From IMG/VR virus record IMGVR_UViG_3300032093_000005: a DNA stretch of 64,000 bases, one strand, 5' to 3'. This document shows, piece after piece, positions 8,885-18,469 of this stretch; position 1 is the stretch's first letter; every line of letters starts with the position of its first letter. The stretch is from a virus (lineage: Duplodnaviria; Caudoviricetes). The notes beneath the pieces were generated by a model that did no database searches, was not told the origin of the DNA, and was given only the letters and a program-made list of their open reading frames with translations. The translations under genes were made by a program, and so were the position numbers.

Positions 8885-9297
8885 CGGTCGTCAGCAGCAC
8901 GGTTTTCGGAGAAGTAAACATCAAAAGCACCTTCAGGATAACGCTTCAGAAGTTTTTGCACATTACGAGCAACCACTTCATCAAGAGTTACATCAAGCGC
9001 CATACAAGCTTGAGCAACATACCACATAATATCACCAAGTTCAATAATCAGGTGTTCGCGGTTATCTTCGTTAAACGGTTTACCCTGAAAGATCATTTTC
9101 TTCACAATCTCCATAAACTCACCACCTTCAGCATTGATACCAACGGCAGCAGTCAGAAGACGTTCAATATTAGCACCTTTCTCATCCAGTGCGACAAGAC
9201 GATCAGAAAGGGAGAGAAAGTCTTTGGATGCATCAGAAGTTACAGCATCCACAAACTCGGCATACTTATCAAAATTAACGTGTCTAGCAGTTTCCAT
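8881..9297 (-). CDS. mazG: MazG-like nucleotide pyrophosphohydrolase
   Basis: AEGGEFMEIVKK...ELGDIMWYVAQ...NVQKLLKRYP motifs. Confidence 0.9.
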   Translation of the reverse strand: METARHVNFDKYAEFVDAVTSDASKDFLSLSDRLVALDEKGANIERLLTAAVGINAEGGEFMEIVKKMIFQGKPFNEDNREHLIIELGDIMWYVAQACMALDVTLDEVVARNVQKLLKRYPEGAFDVYFSENRAADDR

Positions 9298-10673
9298 TAA
9301 AATTTAAATCCTTCAAACGATTTTTTGGGTTTCTTGTCTTCATCATTATACTCGTCATCCTGTCCAGAGTCAAGTATATCTTTTTGTGCAGACTGTTCAC
9401 AATCATAAAGTCTCATCTTTGCTCTGTCAATACCCACAATAAAACGCTTGTAGATCGTAGGGTCATTGTATCGATTCTTCAATTGTTTCACCATAATCTG
9501 TCCCAACTGTTCAAGTTCTTCAGTGCTAATAAGGGCAAACATAAGATCAGCAGTAGCAGGGAGGCCAAAGGATTCACTAGTATCAGTAAGTTCAACATCA
9601 CTATTACCGTAACCTGAACGAGTGGTCTGAGTAGCGGAGACAATTGGGACATTAAACTCAACTGCGAGTCCCCGAAGTTCTTCAGCAATCGCTTTAATAT
9701 AAGAATATGAATTGACAGAAAGGTTCGACTTATACCTGCTGGAAGCACATATATTAAGGTAATCAATGAAAATAATATCAGGTCTAAATGACTTCTTAAG
9801 TGCCAACTCATTAAGCAATGCCTTAAAGTGTCCACTATGCGCTGATGCAGTGGGATACTCTTTAATTATAAGTGTTCCTTGTGTCTTCTTAGACAGATTG
9901 GTTACTTTATTCTCGAACATTTGACGTGGGAGATCAACCAACGACTGAATCGGAGTATTGAGAAGGTTTGCATCAATCCTTTCCGCAATTCGTTCCTCTG
10001 CCATTTCAAGAGTGATATAGAGAACGGACCTGCCTTGCAGTAAGACGGAACTAGCCACATGGCACATGAATAACGATTTCCCAACACCCGTGCCAGCCAG
10101 AGCGATGTTGAGAGTCTTATTAGGGAGACCACCCTTTGTGATTTTGTTGAAATATTCCAAATCAAACTCGATCTTATCTTCTTTACGATGATAAAAGTCA
10201 TAACGTTCCTCATAGTTTTGAAGATAGTCGTGTCCGATATTATTATCAAAACTTACTGCAAGAGCATCCGAAAGAATGCTTGGAATGGCATCACGATTCT
10301 TATCTTTATTATTTCCATCAGCAATATGAATAGACTCCATGAGTGCCAAATAGATTGCACGATCACGACACCACTTTTCGGTAGTGTCAAGCAACCACTG
10401 CTTTTCTACAGGAGAATCATTCAGAGACTTGTTGATATCTCGAATCTCTTTGATTTGATCTTCTGTCAAATCAGTGCGATTCTCTACCTCAATATTAAGT
10501 GCTTCGATGGTGATTGCCGAACCATACTTAACAATGAATTGAACAATCTCTTCAAAAATAACCTTCTCGGTCTTTTGCTCAAAATAATCTGGTTGAATGA
10601 AAGGTATGACCTTGCGTGAGTAGTCTTCATTAAATACTAGATTCCTAAGAATAGTTGTCTCAATTCGTTCCAT
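9297..10673 (-). CDS. gp41: Replicative helicase (T4 gp41-like)
   Basis: Walker A AGTGVGKS, YITLEMAEE, IFIDYLNI, SATQTTR. Confidence 0.97.
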   Translation of the reverse strand: MERIETTILRNLVFNEDYSRKVIPFIQPDYFEQKTEKVIFEEIVQFIVKYGSAITIEALNIEVENRTDLTEDQIKEIRDINKSLNDSPVEKQWLLDTTEKWCRDRAIYLALMESIHIADGNNKDKNRDAIPSILSDALAVSFDNNIGHDYLQNYEERYDFYHRKEDKIEFDLEYFNKITKGGLPNKTLNIALAGTGVGKSLFMCHVASSVLLQGRSVLYITLEMAEERIAERIDANLLNTPIQSLVDLPRQMFENKVTNLSKKTQGTLIIKEYPTASAHSGHFKALLNELALKKSFRPDIIFIDYLNICASSRYKSNLSVNSYSYIKAIAEELRGLAVEFNVPIVSATQTTRSGYGNSDVELTDTSESFGLPATADLMFALISTEELEQLGQIMVKQLKNRYNDPTIYKRFIVGIDRAKMRLYDCEQSAQKDILDSGQDDEYNDEDKKPKKSFEGFKF

Positions 10674-11230
10674 TACTTATAATGCAAATAGGCACTCAAA
10701 ATATACTTTGAACCACTCAAGGGTGGATTTCCCTTATGAGGAAACATCCATAGTGGTGGGAACATTACTAGTGTTCCTTTTTTAGGTTGGATAGATAAGT
10801 CTCTAAAAACAGTCTCTCCCCCAGATTCTACATCATTCAAATACCACATGAAGGATAAAAATCTTCTTGCAGACTCATGATCAACAACATCAACATGTGT
10901 ATCAAATCGATCTTCTCCATCAGGATTATACTTCTTTATACGAAATTGTTCAAGAGCATGTTCCTGTGGAAAAACCCTATCGTCAATAAATTCATAATAC
11001 TTATCACGATACTCAAATATTTTTTTGATGATGTGATTATGAACTTGATTAACTTCTGAAGTGAGTTCTCGATTCTCAGTTAAATTGAATTGAGTGAAAT
11101 TTGGTTTGCCCTGATTATTATGACGTTCATGTTTATCTGAGACTTGCTCAAATAAAGAAACTAGAAAGTCACAGATCTCAGACTCTAAAGCATTTTCATA
11201 TAGATGAATGAGATCATTAAGTTCAACCAT
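10673..11230 (-). CDS. 2OG-Fe(II) oxygenase (prolyl-4-hydroxylase-like)
   Basis: HVD iron ligands, [30 protein letters not shown]; likely start MVELNDL. Confidence 0.9.
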   Translation of the reverse strand: MVELNDLIHLYENALESEICDFLVSLFEQVSDKHERHNNQGKPNFTQFNLTENRELTSEVNQVHNHIIKKIFEYRDKYYEFIDDRVFPQEHALEQFRIKKYNPDGEDRFDTHVDVVDHESARRFLSFMWYLNDVESGGETVFRDLSIQPKKGTLVMFPPLWMFPHKGNPPLSGSKYILSAYLHYK

Positions 11231-12224
11231 AACTAAATTCTTCTTTGGCAATTGCATCAAGTTTCTGCATCACTTCTTCGGTGAAATACTGATTAGGATT
11301 TCTCAGGATTTCTTTTGCATAAATTTTCTTGCCGTCCATCTCATAGCGACCCGCAACATTCTTCCAGAGTCCACCGAGTTCCCCGAGTTCCAGAAGACCA
11401 TAATACCGATCAAGACCGCGCTCATCATAAAATAAACGGACTTCAACGTCTTTATTCTCCTTACTTAAACGTGACTTAGCAGTCTTTGCCTTGATAATAT
11501 TTCCGACCACTTCTGTTCCATCCTTCTCTTTTTTCTTACTGAGATATATGATAGAAGAAGCAGCATACTTAAGACCACTGCCACCACCCATCTCTTTAGT
11601 AGGAACGTAAGCACCAATGACATCATAGGTATGGTTGGTAACAATCATTGGAATTTTTGCTTGTCCAAGTTTAAGAGTAAGCATACGGAATGCACCTTTA
11701 ATGAGTTGAGATTTAGTCATGTCCCGAACTTCTTTATCATTCAGAGCATCATTAATCTCCTTACTCGTGGAAAGCATTCCCAAAGAGTCTAGCACAAAAA
11801 TACAAGGTTTACGTTCTGCTTCTGGTTTTTTCATATACATATCCACTGCTTTGAGTGCCGTTCCACGAAACTCTTCTACGGTGACAACATTAACCACGAC
11901 AAGACGAGAAGTATCAATTCCACGAGATTCTAAAAGAGATTTAGTGATAGCAGCCTCAGTATCAAAGTAGAGACAATAACCATCGGGGTGAGTATCGAGA
12001 AAATTCTTAACCACAGCGAGAGAGAAGAAAGTCTTTCCAGTAGAAGACTCTCCAGCAATAGCAGTAATCTTATTCCCAGATACACCACCAAATATGCTAC
12101 CTGAAACCAGTGCATTAAAAATGTACGAACCCGTGTCAACATAAGTTTCAGTCTCATCAATATCGGAAGCAAGTTGAGTATACTCACCACCAATTTCTTT
12201 TACAATATCTTTAAGAAAGTCCAT
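11223..12224 (-). CDS. uvsX: RecA-like recombinase
   Basis: [34 protein letters not shown]. Confidence 0.96.
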   Translation of the reverse strand: MDFLKDIVKEIGGEYTQLASDIDETETYVDTGSYIFNALVSGSIFGGVSGNKITAIAGESSTGKTFFSLAVVKNFLDTHPDGYCLYFDTEAAITKSLLESRGIDTSRLVVVNVVTVEEFRGTALKAVDMYMKKPEAERKPCIFVLDSLGMLSTSKEINDALNDKEVRDMTKSQLIKGAFRMLTLKLGQAKIPMIVTNHTYDVIGAYVPTKEMGGGSGLKYAASSIIYLSKKKEKDGTEVVGNIIKAKTAKSRLSKENKDVEVRLFYDERGLDRYYGLLELGELGGLWKNVAGRYEMDGKKIYAKEILRNPNQYFTEEVMQKLDAIAKEEFSYG

Positions 12225-14725
12225 CAGGAAAAAAATAATTCAAGGTTTACTGTTTTTTCTACATTCCACCCAATCGCATCAAGAATAGATTTGAGAGGAT
12301 CTACAAAACTCTTTTCAAATTGTAGTTCATAGTCAATGTATTTGTCAAGACCAAGTTCTTTGGGAAAATCTTGGATGAAAGAGATTACATTTTCTTGAAT
12401 AATATTTGGTTTTTTCAAGAAAATAAACTTAACTTTCTCACCATTATTAATAAGTGAATATTTATTAGTCAGTTTTTTCTCCTTTACATAATGATTAAAA
12501 AGAAGTGCTCCGCGAATATGAATTGGAGTTTTGGGCGCATAAATTGTTGATGATGCAGAATACTTACGAACATCTGAAGCAGTTCTTGGAAAAGCAATTT
12601 GTTCTGGAGGGAGTGCTTTAAATTCTTTACGGCACTTTTCAATAAAGTCAATTACATCCTCCTCAGTTCCGCTCATCATAAGTTTTAACCCATCCTTAAT
12701 CATTTGACGACAAGGGGCAGGAGTTGAAGACTTAACTGCCTCAATACCCATCATTTTGAGTTTAGGTTCTTCATAGCGAACACCTTCACTGTCCCAGACA
12801 TTCAGGATATAGCGTTTCTTCGCAGTCCAGATTCCACGTTCAGCAATGTTCTCACGCTTCATCTGCATTTTCTGATCATAAGCATTCACATACTCGGCCA
12901 GTTCTTGGTAGCAACCTTCAATATACTTTTCAAGTTCCACCTTACAGATCTTATCAAGGAACGAAACAACGCCTTCAGTAGTTTTCTCTCTTCCTTCGTA
13001 TACACGATCAACCAAAGGACCCATATTGAGATAGATAGAATCAGTATCTGAAGCAATAACATAATCGACACCATCAGTTTTAAGAATCTTGTTTAGATAA
13101 GCATTCATCTTGTTCTCAATCCAACGGATAGAAACCTGACCAGACAAGGTGATTGCCTCAGCGTTTGCTAATTTGTAATATCGAAAATACTGGTTACCGA
13201 TAGCACCATAAGCAGAGTTAAGTTGAATCTTCCTTGCCATCTGAATGTTATTACACCTGGCAATCTCCTTTTCAAGTTCCTTTGTTTTTTTCTTTTCATA
13301 CTCTTGCTTTGCAGCGAGCATTTTCTTTTTATAGATGGTGCGATCTTCATAAATTTTTTGCATCAATTCGGGCAAAAATCCACGCACATCCTTTCGGAAC
13401 ATTGCACCATTCGCACAAACAGACTTGTCCTTATACAGTTCAAATGTAATTTCTTGATTAAGAATCTTATCAACAGTTACAGTCGGATGCCTCTCCTCCA
13501 GAAGAGTTTCTGGTGAAATATTGTACTGCATAATGAGATGAGGATACAGGGAGTTAAGATCAAAAGAGACAACCCAATCATACTTCCCTGGAATCGGTTC
13601 TTTAACATAAGCACCTGCATACTTAGAATCTTTATCTGAACGTTCTTTTGGAGGAATTACAATGTTCCTCTTCTTCAAATAGTTATAGATGATAGTATCC
13701 CACATCCGTACTTGTGAAAACACATCCGCATAGTTTGCTTTAGCATCATAAGCCATTGTGATCGCAAGTTCAATCAGTTTCATCTTGTCTTCCAAACGGT
13801 CAACAAGTTCTACGTCAACGATGTTGTATTCTACAAACTTCTGCCATCCTTTAGTATAAAAATCTTTAAATGTATCAAACTCAGAGTGATCTAATTTTTG
13901 TTGCCCAAGTTCTACATTAGCAATGTGATCAAGGCGATAAGATTCTTGATTGGTGTAAGTAAATTTTTTATAAAGATTTAAATAATCAAGTTGAGTAATT
14001 CCACCAACATCATAAGAGATATGCTTACGACCAGAAATGTAAACTTCAGTTTCTGTTACAAGTCCCCATGGAGAAATACGTTTCATAAGTTTTTCACCTA
14101 GAACACGATCTAGACGACGAACAAGATATGGAATATCATACATCTCACTATTCCATCCAGTCACAACTTCTGGCGTGTTGGTTTCAATCATCCACCAGTT
14201 GATGAAATCGGTAAGAAGATCATACTCACTTGAAAATGCACGATATTCAACATTCTTTTGCTTATTGTTAAAAGTACCTTGACCCCAAGTGCGAATCTTT
14301 TTAGAAGAATAATCTTGAATGGTAATTAGTAGAACCTCTTCAGCAGCAGACTCCACATCAGGGAATCCATTTTCAGATGCAACTTCAATATCAAGAGTAG
14401 TAACTTTGATTTTACTAATATCAAACTTTAATTCTTCTTCAGGATACATCTCAGAAATATATTGATAGATATATCCAGTGTTCCCATATATTTTAAAGTT
14501 TTCTACACCCTCATACTTCTTAATAAACTCACGACAGTCACGCACAGAACCAGGTTCGATTGCTTCTACATAATCTCCATTCAGAGTCTGATATTTAGTT
14601 TTTTTATTTGAAGGGACAAAAAGAGTCGGGTTAAACTTCTCACGTGTCATGAAGTGTTTTCCATCTTCATAACCACGAATCAAGAAGTGATCCCCGACCA
14701 TCTGTACATTTGTATAAAATCGCAT
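12224..14725 (-). CDS. gp43: Family B DNA polymerase (T4 gp43-like)
   Basis: Exonuclease DIEV; polymerase [25 protein letters not shown]; 833 aa, uninterrupted. Confidence 0.98.
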   Translation of the reverse strand: MRFYTNVQMVGDHFLIRGYEDGKHFMTREKFNPTLFVPSNKKTKYQTLNGDYVEAIEPGSVRDCREFIKKYEGVENFKIYGNTGYIYQYISEMYPEEELKFDISKIKVTTLDIEVASENGFPDVESAAEEVLLITIQDYSSKKIRTWGQGTFNNKQKNVEYRAFSSEYDLLTDFINWWMIETNTPEVVTGWNSEMYDIPYLVRRLDRVLGEKLMKRISPWGLVTETEVYISGRKHISYDVGGITQLDYLNLYKKFTYTNQESYRLDHIANVELGQQKLDHSEFDTFKDFYTKGWQKFVEYNIVDVELVDRLEDKMKLIELAITMAYDAKANYADVFSQVRMWDTIIYNYLKKRNIVIPPKERSDKDSKYAGAYVKEPIPGKYDWVVSFDLNSLYPHLIMQYNISPETLLEERHPTVTVDKILNQEITFELYKDKSVCANGAMFRKDVRGFLPELMQKIYEDRTIYKKKMLAAKQEYEKKKTKELEKEIARCNNIQMARKIQLNSAYGAIGNQYFRYYKLANAEAITLSGQVSIRWIENKMNAYLNKILKTDGVDYVIASDTDSIYLNMGPLVDRVYEGREKTTEGVVSFLDKICKVELEKYIEGCYQELAEYVNAYDQKMQMKRENIAERGIWTAKKRYILNVWDSEGVRYEEPKLKMMGIEAVKSSTPAPCRQMIKDGLKLMMSGTEEDVIDFIEKCRKEFKALPPEQIAFPRTASDVRKYSASSTIYAPKTPIHIRGALLFNHYVKEKKLTNKYSLINNGEKVKFIFLKKPNIIQENVISFIQDFPKELGLDKYIDYELQFEKSFVDPLKSILDAIGWNVEKTVNLELFFS

Positions 14726-14979
14726 TATGCAGTTAGTTCAAGATACTTTTCAACAATTTCTGGTTTTGGATCCACAATAGTCAAAATACTATCAGAATGA
14801 ATCATCATTTCTCTTTGTTCAGTTACATTTGGCCAAGGAGTTAAATTGCCTTCAGTATCAATGAGATATGGATTAATGAGTTTACAATCTGGTTCGCCAA
14901 GTTCAGAACCAACTTCAATAATTTCAGTTACAATTACGTTATCAACTTTCAGTAAAAGACACTTGATTGTCTTGTCCAT
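14725..14979 (-). CDS. Small beta-barrel (Sm-like) hypothetical protein
   Basis: 84 aa; shares the LxNP...PW...IVDP pattern with its neighbour. Confidence 0.75.
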   Translation of the reverse strand: MDKTIKCLLLKVDNVIVTEIIEVGSELGEPDCKLINPYLIDTEGNLTPWPNVTEQREMMIHSDSILTIVDPKPEIVEKYLELTA

Positions 14980-15274
14980 TTACTTTCTCCTCATACATTT
15001 TTTTAATTGTCTGAATGGGTTCTACAATAGCAATAGCCCAATCACGTGGAACAGGAATTTGATCATCACTGGTAAGTATAATCCATGGAGATAAAGATAC
15101 CTCTAAGTCTCCATGTGGATTTTCATTTTCTTCCACCAACAAAATTGTTTTACGAGTTTCTACTTTATGTGGATTTGTAAATAGATATCCACATAGTTTT
15201 TCATCAGAAATCAATTCTTTGATGTCAGAAATTACTGTTTCACCAGATTTCAATAATGCTAACTTAATTGACAT
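14942..15274 (-). CDS. Small beta-barrel (Sm-like) hypothetical protein
   Basis: 110 aa, KLALLKSGETVIS...FTNP...LSPW...IVEP...Y. Confidence 0.78.
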   Translation of the reverse strand: MSIKLALLKSGETVISDIKELISDEKLCGYLFTNPHKVETRKTILLVEENENPHGDLEVSLSPWIILTSDDQIPVPRDWAIAIVEPIQTIKKMYEEKVNGQDNQVSFTES

Positions 15275-15295
15275 TGTTTTGATTTTCCTCCATAC

Positions 15296-15324
15296 ATTAT
15301 ACCAAGAAAAATGGGAGGCGTCAA
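15296..15324 (-). promoter_or_regulatory. Sigma70-type promoter for the DNA polymerase operon
   Basis: TTGACG-17 nt-TATAAT; the -35 box lies inside the 3' arm of the terminator hairpin. Confidence 0.78.
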
Positions 15325-15347
15325 CTGGTTTTTGCCAGTTGCCTCCC
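15307..15347 (-). terminator. Long hairpin / intrinsic terminator
   Basis: GGGAGGC-AACTGG / CCAGTT-GAC-GCCTCCC followed by ATTTTT. Confidence 0.75.
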
Positions 15348-15372
15348 TAGCGCCGACGATATTCAAAAGTAT

Positions 15373-15552
15373 TTAGTCTCCACCAGAATCACCAGAAGAA
15401 CCACCAGAACCACTATCAGTATCTAAAGCACATACTTTCTTTTTTGGTGCCATAGCATACTTTACAGTTCTACCATAACAATTTTCTTTGGTTTGTAAAG
15501 GTGGATTACCAAAATCACCTACCTTTTCCATAAACTGCTGAAAAGTTTTCAT
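15373..15552 (-). CDS. Micro-ORF (59 aa) with T4 IP-like N-terminus (not in the ORF track)
   Basis: MKTFQQFMEKVGDFGNPPLQTKENCYGRTVKYAMAPKKKVCALDTDSGSGGSSGDSGGD; CTAAATA at 15568-15574. Confidence 0.65.
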   Translation of the reverse strand: MKTFQQFMEKVGDFGNPPLQTKENCYGRTVKYAMAPKKKVCALDTDSGSGGSSGDSGGD

Positions 15553-15570
15553 CTGGCGTTTTTCTTTTAT

Positions 15571-16005
15571 TTAGAGATAGTCTTTCCTAGTATGATGTTC
15601 CGGAATTACTTTCCCAAGTACGATCCGTAGAAGTCCGTCTTCAAATGTGACTTCCCTGACTTCTGTGTCGTCGGATAAAGTCCACGCTCGTTTAAAACTT
15701 CTGCTAGCCACTCCCTTGTGGATAAACGTCCTATCCGATTCGGAATCTGTTTTTTGTCCTTCGACAAAAAGTTTTCCATATTCTGTGAAAACATTAACCT
15801 CTCCCTTCTTAAATCCTGCAAGTGCAATTTCTAAATGCGACTCAACATTATTTACCTGAACAAGGTTATATGGCGGGTAATTTGTTGTAGTTTCGTGAAG
15901 ATTAAATAAACGATCAAAATATTCGTCCATTCCAATACTATTGCGAGTAATCCTCTCCATCAGAGCAGGAAGATCAGCAGCAGTATATCTTGTGATACTG
16001 GTCAT
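15571..16005 (-). CDS. hsp20: Small heat-shock protein (Hsp20 family)
   Basis: YPPYNL...EIALAGF...HKGVASRSFKRAWTL...FEDGLLRI alpha-crystallin motifs. Confidence 0.95.
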   Translation of the reverse strand: MTSITRYTAADLPALMERITRNSIGMDEYFDRLFNLHETTTNYPPYNLVQVNNVESHLEIALAGFKKGEVNVFTEYGKLFVEGQKTDSESDRTFIHKGVASRSFKRAWTLSDDTEVREVTFEDGLLRIVLGKVIPEHHTRKDYL

Positions 16006-16070
16006 TATTGTAGCTCCTTAAAAAGCGAGTTTGTTTGTGTGGACCCTTACGGCATCCGTATATAATTATA
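16006..16070 (-). promoter_or_regulatory. hsp20 -10 box and structured 5' UTR (ROSE-like thermometer candidate)
   Basis: TATAAT at 16065-16070; hairpin GGATGCC-GTAA-GGGTCC; CTCGCTT-TTT-AAGGAG pairs over the SD. Confidence 0.6.
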
Positions 16071-16079
16071 CTAGATCAT

Positions 16080-16105
16080 AAAAAAAGACGGGTAGGAAAC
16101 CCGTC
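16080..16105 (-). terminator. Intrinsic terminator after regA
   Basis: GACGGGT/ACCCGTC stem plus T7. Confidence 0.82.
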
Positions 16106-16111
16106 CTATTT

Positions 16112-16552
16112 TTATTCGGTATCCTCTACCTTTTTCTTCTTTGCACCAATATTATATTTAGTTTCTAAAATCCAATCTCCCTTGTCCTTATAGGCGAGAA
16201 CCTTGATCTGGTTCAGAGGAGCAATATCTTGAATCTTAGTCAGATCTACAATTTCAATCAAACCCCAATCTGCAAGAAGTTGGGCAATACGATTACGACG
16301 CTGAACATCATTCACAGTCAAGTTAGCATGTTTACCATCAAGAGCAAACAGTTCCTTAAAGTGAACGAGATAATATCTACCTTGCTTGTGCAGAATATGG
16401 CAAGACTGATAGATTTTCTTTTCCTTTCTTGAAGCAACTCCGATACGGGTCAAAGTCTCACGAACCTTTAGAAAATCATCAGGTTCATTGAGAATCACTT
16501 CCACCATTTGGTCGGGCGTCCACTTCACTTCAGGTTCTTGAACTACACTCAT
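16112..16552 (-). CDS. regA: Translational repressor RegA
   Basis: DDFLKVRETLTRIGVAS...QSCHILHKQGRYYLVHFKELFALDG. Confidence 0.96.
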   Translation of the reverse strand: MSVVQEPEVKWTPDQMVEVILNEPDDFLKVRETLTRIGVASRKEKKIYQSCHILHKQGRYYLVHFKELFALDGKHANLTVNDVQRRNRIAQLLADWGLIEIVDLTKIQDIAPLNQIKVLAYKDKGDWILETKYNIGAKKKKVEDTE

Positions 16553-16929
16553 TTTGTTCCTCCAGTTTCAAATTTCGATTTAATAAAATTAAGTTGTTCT
16601 TTAGTAAGAATCCTCAAAGCTTGTTTTGCCTTTTCATTACTATAACCATAATAACGTTTGACATAATCAAGGTCTTTGATTTTATCTTGTCGGAGCCAGG
16701 GAGAAAATCTCTTCTTTTTCCTCAGACTATTTATAAAAAAGTCATATTGCATCTTTTTTGGGAGGAAATGATATTGATTCATTTCATTCGCAAACATTAC
16801 ACAATCAATATGCCCAGATAGACAACGATTGATAACATACGGAGGATATTCCTTCTCAAGCGAAGGGTCTTCTTCAATCAGATTCTGTTTGGTCTGATTG
16901 ATCGAGTTTAACCAGTCCTTCAATTCCAT
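16549..16929 (-). CDS. gp62: Clamp loader small subunit (gp62-like)
   Basis: MELKDWLNSIN...YPPYVINRCLS...YYGYSNEKA; start taken at the internal Met. Confidence 0.92.
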   Translation of the reverse strand: MELKDWLNSINQTKQNLIEEDPSLEKEYPPYVINRCLSGHIDCVMFANEMNQYHFLPKKMQYDFFINSLRKKKRFSPWLRQDKIKDLDYVKRYYGYSNEKAKQALRILTKEQLNFIKSKFETGGTK

Positions 16930-17746
16930 AATTAAATAGCAGTAATTCTTTACGGGTTTTTTGTTCTCGCATATATTCACCAACAGAACGCATTGTATAA
17001 GTCAGATCAAACTCAGCAGCATTCCAGTTCTTGAATCGATTCTTTACAAGTTGGTCAGAATTATAACTTACCAATTGATCCATATTATTAGAATCACAAT
17101 CAGCAGCAAACTTATCGTGATCAAATCCTTTGTGCATTGATCCTTTGTGCCCATAGAGATTATCCTTAATGTCATAAGGAGGATCGAGATACATAAAAGC
17201 ACCCTTGTTTCCATCCATCAGATAATCATACGAATAGTTAGTTATACGCCAGTTTTTGATTAGTTCAGAATACGCAGGCAGTTTTTCAATCCCTCGCATA
17301 GAGAAGTTGGCGTTGGATGCTTGTGGTGAAAATGATGAACTCTCTGTGAGACCGCTGAAAGAGCACTTATTGACAACATAAAAAGCCACAGCACGATCAA
17401 AGTTTGACACAGTTTTGTCATTGATCCGTTCCTTTGATTGGAGGAAAAGTTCTTTTGATTTATCTGGAGTATTATTTGCGTTCTTTAAATCAACAAGTTC
17501 ACTTTTCAAATCATACCCAAACATCTGAAGTTGCTGCCAGAAGTTTACCAGTGGTTCATACAAATCATTCACCCAAATATCTAGGCTGGGATATTTCTTA
17601 GTGATATGAATCGCAACACTTCCTCCACCAAGAAATGGTTCTCGGAACTCATCATAGTTGCGAAGGTCTGGAAAGTAAGGATCCATCTTGACGCAAGCAC
17701 GAGACTTGCCGCCTGGATAACGAAGAGGTGTTTTAAGAGATTTCAT
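16874..17746 (-). CDS. dam: DNA adenine methyltransferase (Dam/D12 class)
   Basis: PLRYPGGKS, EPFLGGGSV, YLDPPY motifs. Confidence 0.92.
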   Translation of the reverse strand: MKSLKTPLRYPGGKSRACVKMDPYFPDLRNYDEFREPFLGGGSVAIHITKKYPSLDIWVNDLYEPLVNFWQQLQMFGYDLKSELVDLKNANNTPDKSKELFLQSKERINDKTVSNFDRAVAFYVVNKCSFSGLTESSSFSPQASNANFSMRGIEKLPAYSELIKNWRITNYSYDYLMDGNKGAFMYLDPPYDIKDNLYGHKGSMHKGFDHDKFAADCDSNNMDQLVSYNSDQLVKNRFKNWNAAEFDLTYTMRSVGEYMREQKTRKELLLFNYGIEGLVKLDQSDQTESD

Positions 17747-18273
17747 TGCACACTTTCAATAAAGTTCATTATAAGTTTATCCTTTTCCTGAAAATAATTT
17801 TTATTAGAAGAAGGACCGCCATTTAAGAAAAAATGTTCTGGTCCAGGATCACAACTGGCGGTAAGATCATTGCTACCAGATTTTCTAATATTATATAACA
17901 TTGATCCAGGAACACAACAAGCTTTTAATTTATCTGGATCACTAAAAATATAGTAATCTGCTGGAATAAAATTTGATACATCTTTATCTTTTCCTCTACC
18001 ATTTTTTACAACCACCCCCCTTACTGCTGTCTCAGACTTATTCCCAAAGGTTACTTTTTTAGACTCATATGTAGTATTATTTCTATCTACCAAATCCCTC
18101 CCAGTTAAATTAACTCTTCGAAGATTTCCATTACTATATGCTTCATACGCTAACTCAATCATCCTACCAACATCAAAATATTGAGTTGGATCAGTATTTC
18201 CTGTTAGGGTAGAAAGAAGTTTGGATAATTTATCTATCTCAATAACTTTCAAGAAATCAATTTTTGTTTTCAT
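17743..18273 (-). CDS. Hypothetical protein, putative PD-(D/E)xK nuclease
   Basis: IELAY helix followed by GRDLVDRNNTTYESKK; ATGA overlap with dam. Confidence 0.55.
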   Translation of the reverse strand: MKTKIDFLKVIEIDKLSKLLSTLTGNTDPTQYFDVGRMIELAYEAYSNGNLRRVNLTGRDLVDRNNTTYESKKVTFGNKSETAVRGVVVKNGRGKDKDVSNFIPADYYIFSDPDKLKACCVPGSMLYNIRKSGSNDLTASCDPGPEHFFLNGGPSSNKNYFQEKDKLIMNFIESVQ

Positions 18274-18469
18274 AATCTTTAGGATGATACTTCAAATATT
18301 CAAAGAAGGTAAGTTTCATTTCTTTCTGCGTCATACCACAATGCTTTGCAGCAGCAGGAAGAGTCAGTTTAGCACGAAACAAACCTTCGTTTGCCTCCTT
18401 TACATTTTCGGGAGTTGTCTTTACAGGTTCTTCTTTTAGAACTTTGTAGTCTATTTTATATAGATTCAT
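18257..18469 (-). CDS. Small hypothetical protein (possible helix-turn-helix)
   Basis: 70 aa, LTLPAAAKHCGMTQKEMK; overlaps the gp44 stop. Confidence 0.7.
   Translation of the reverse strand: MNLYKIDYKVLKEEPVKTTPENVKEANEGLFRAKLTLPAAAKHCGMTQKEMKLTFFEYLKYHPKDYENKN

Noticed and set aside
8881-11230. mazG and the 2OG-Fe(II) oxygenase as novel host-takeover genes
   Set aside because: Both are routine in T4-like cyanophages; nothing unusual in sequence or context here.
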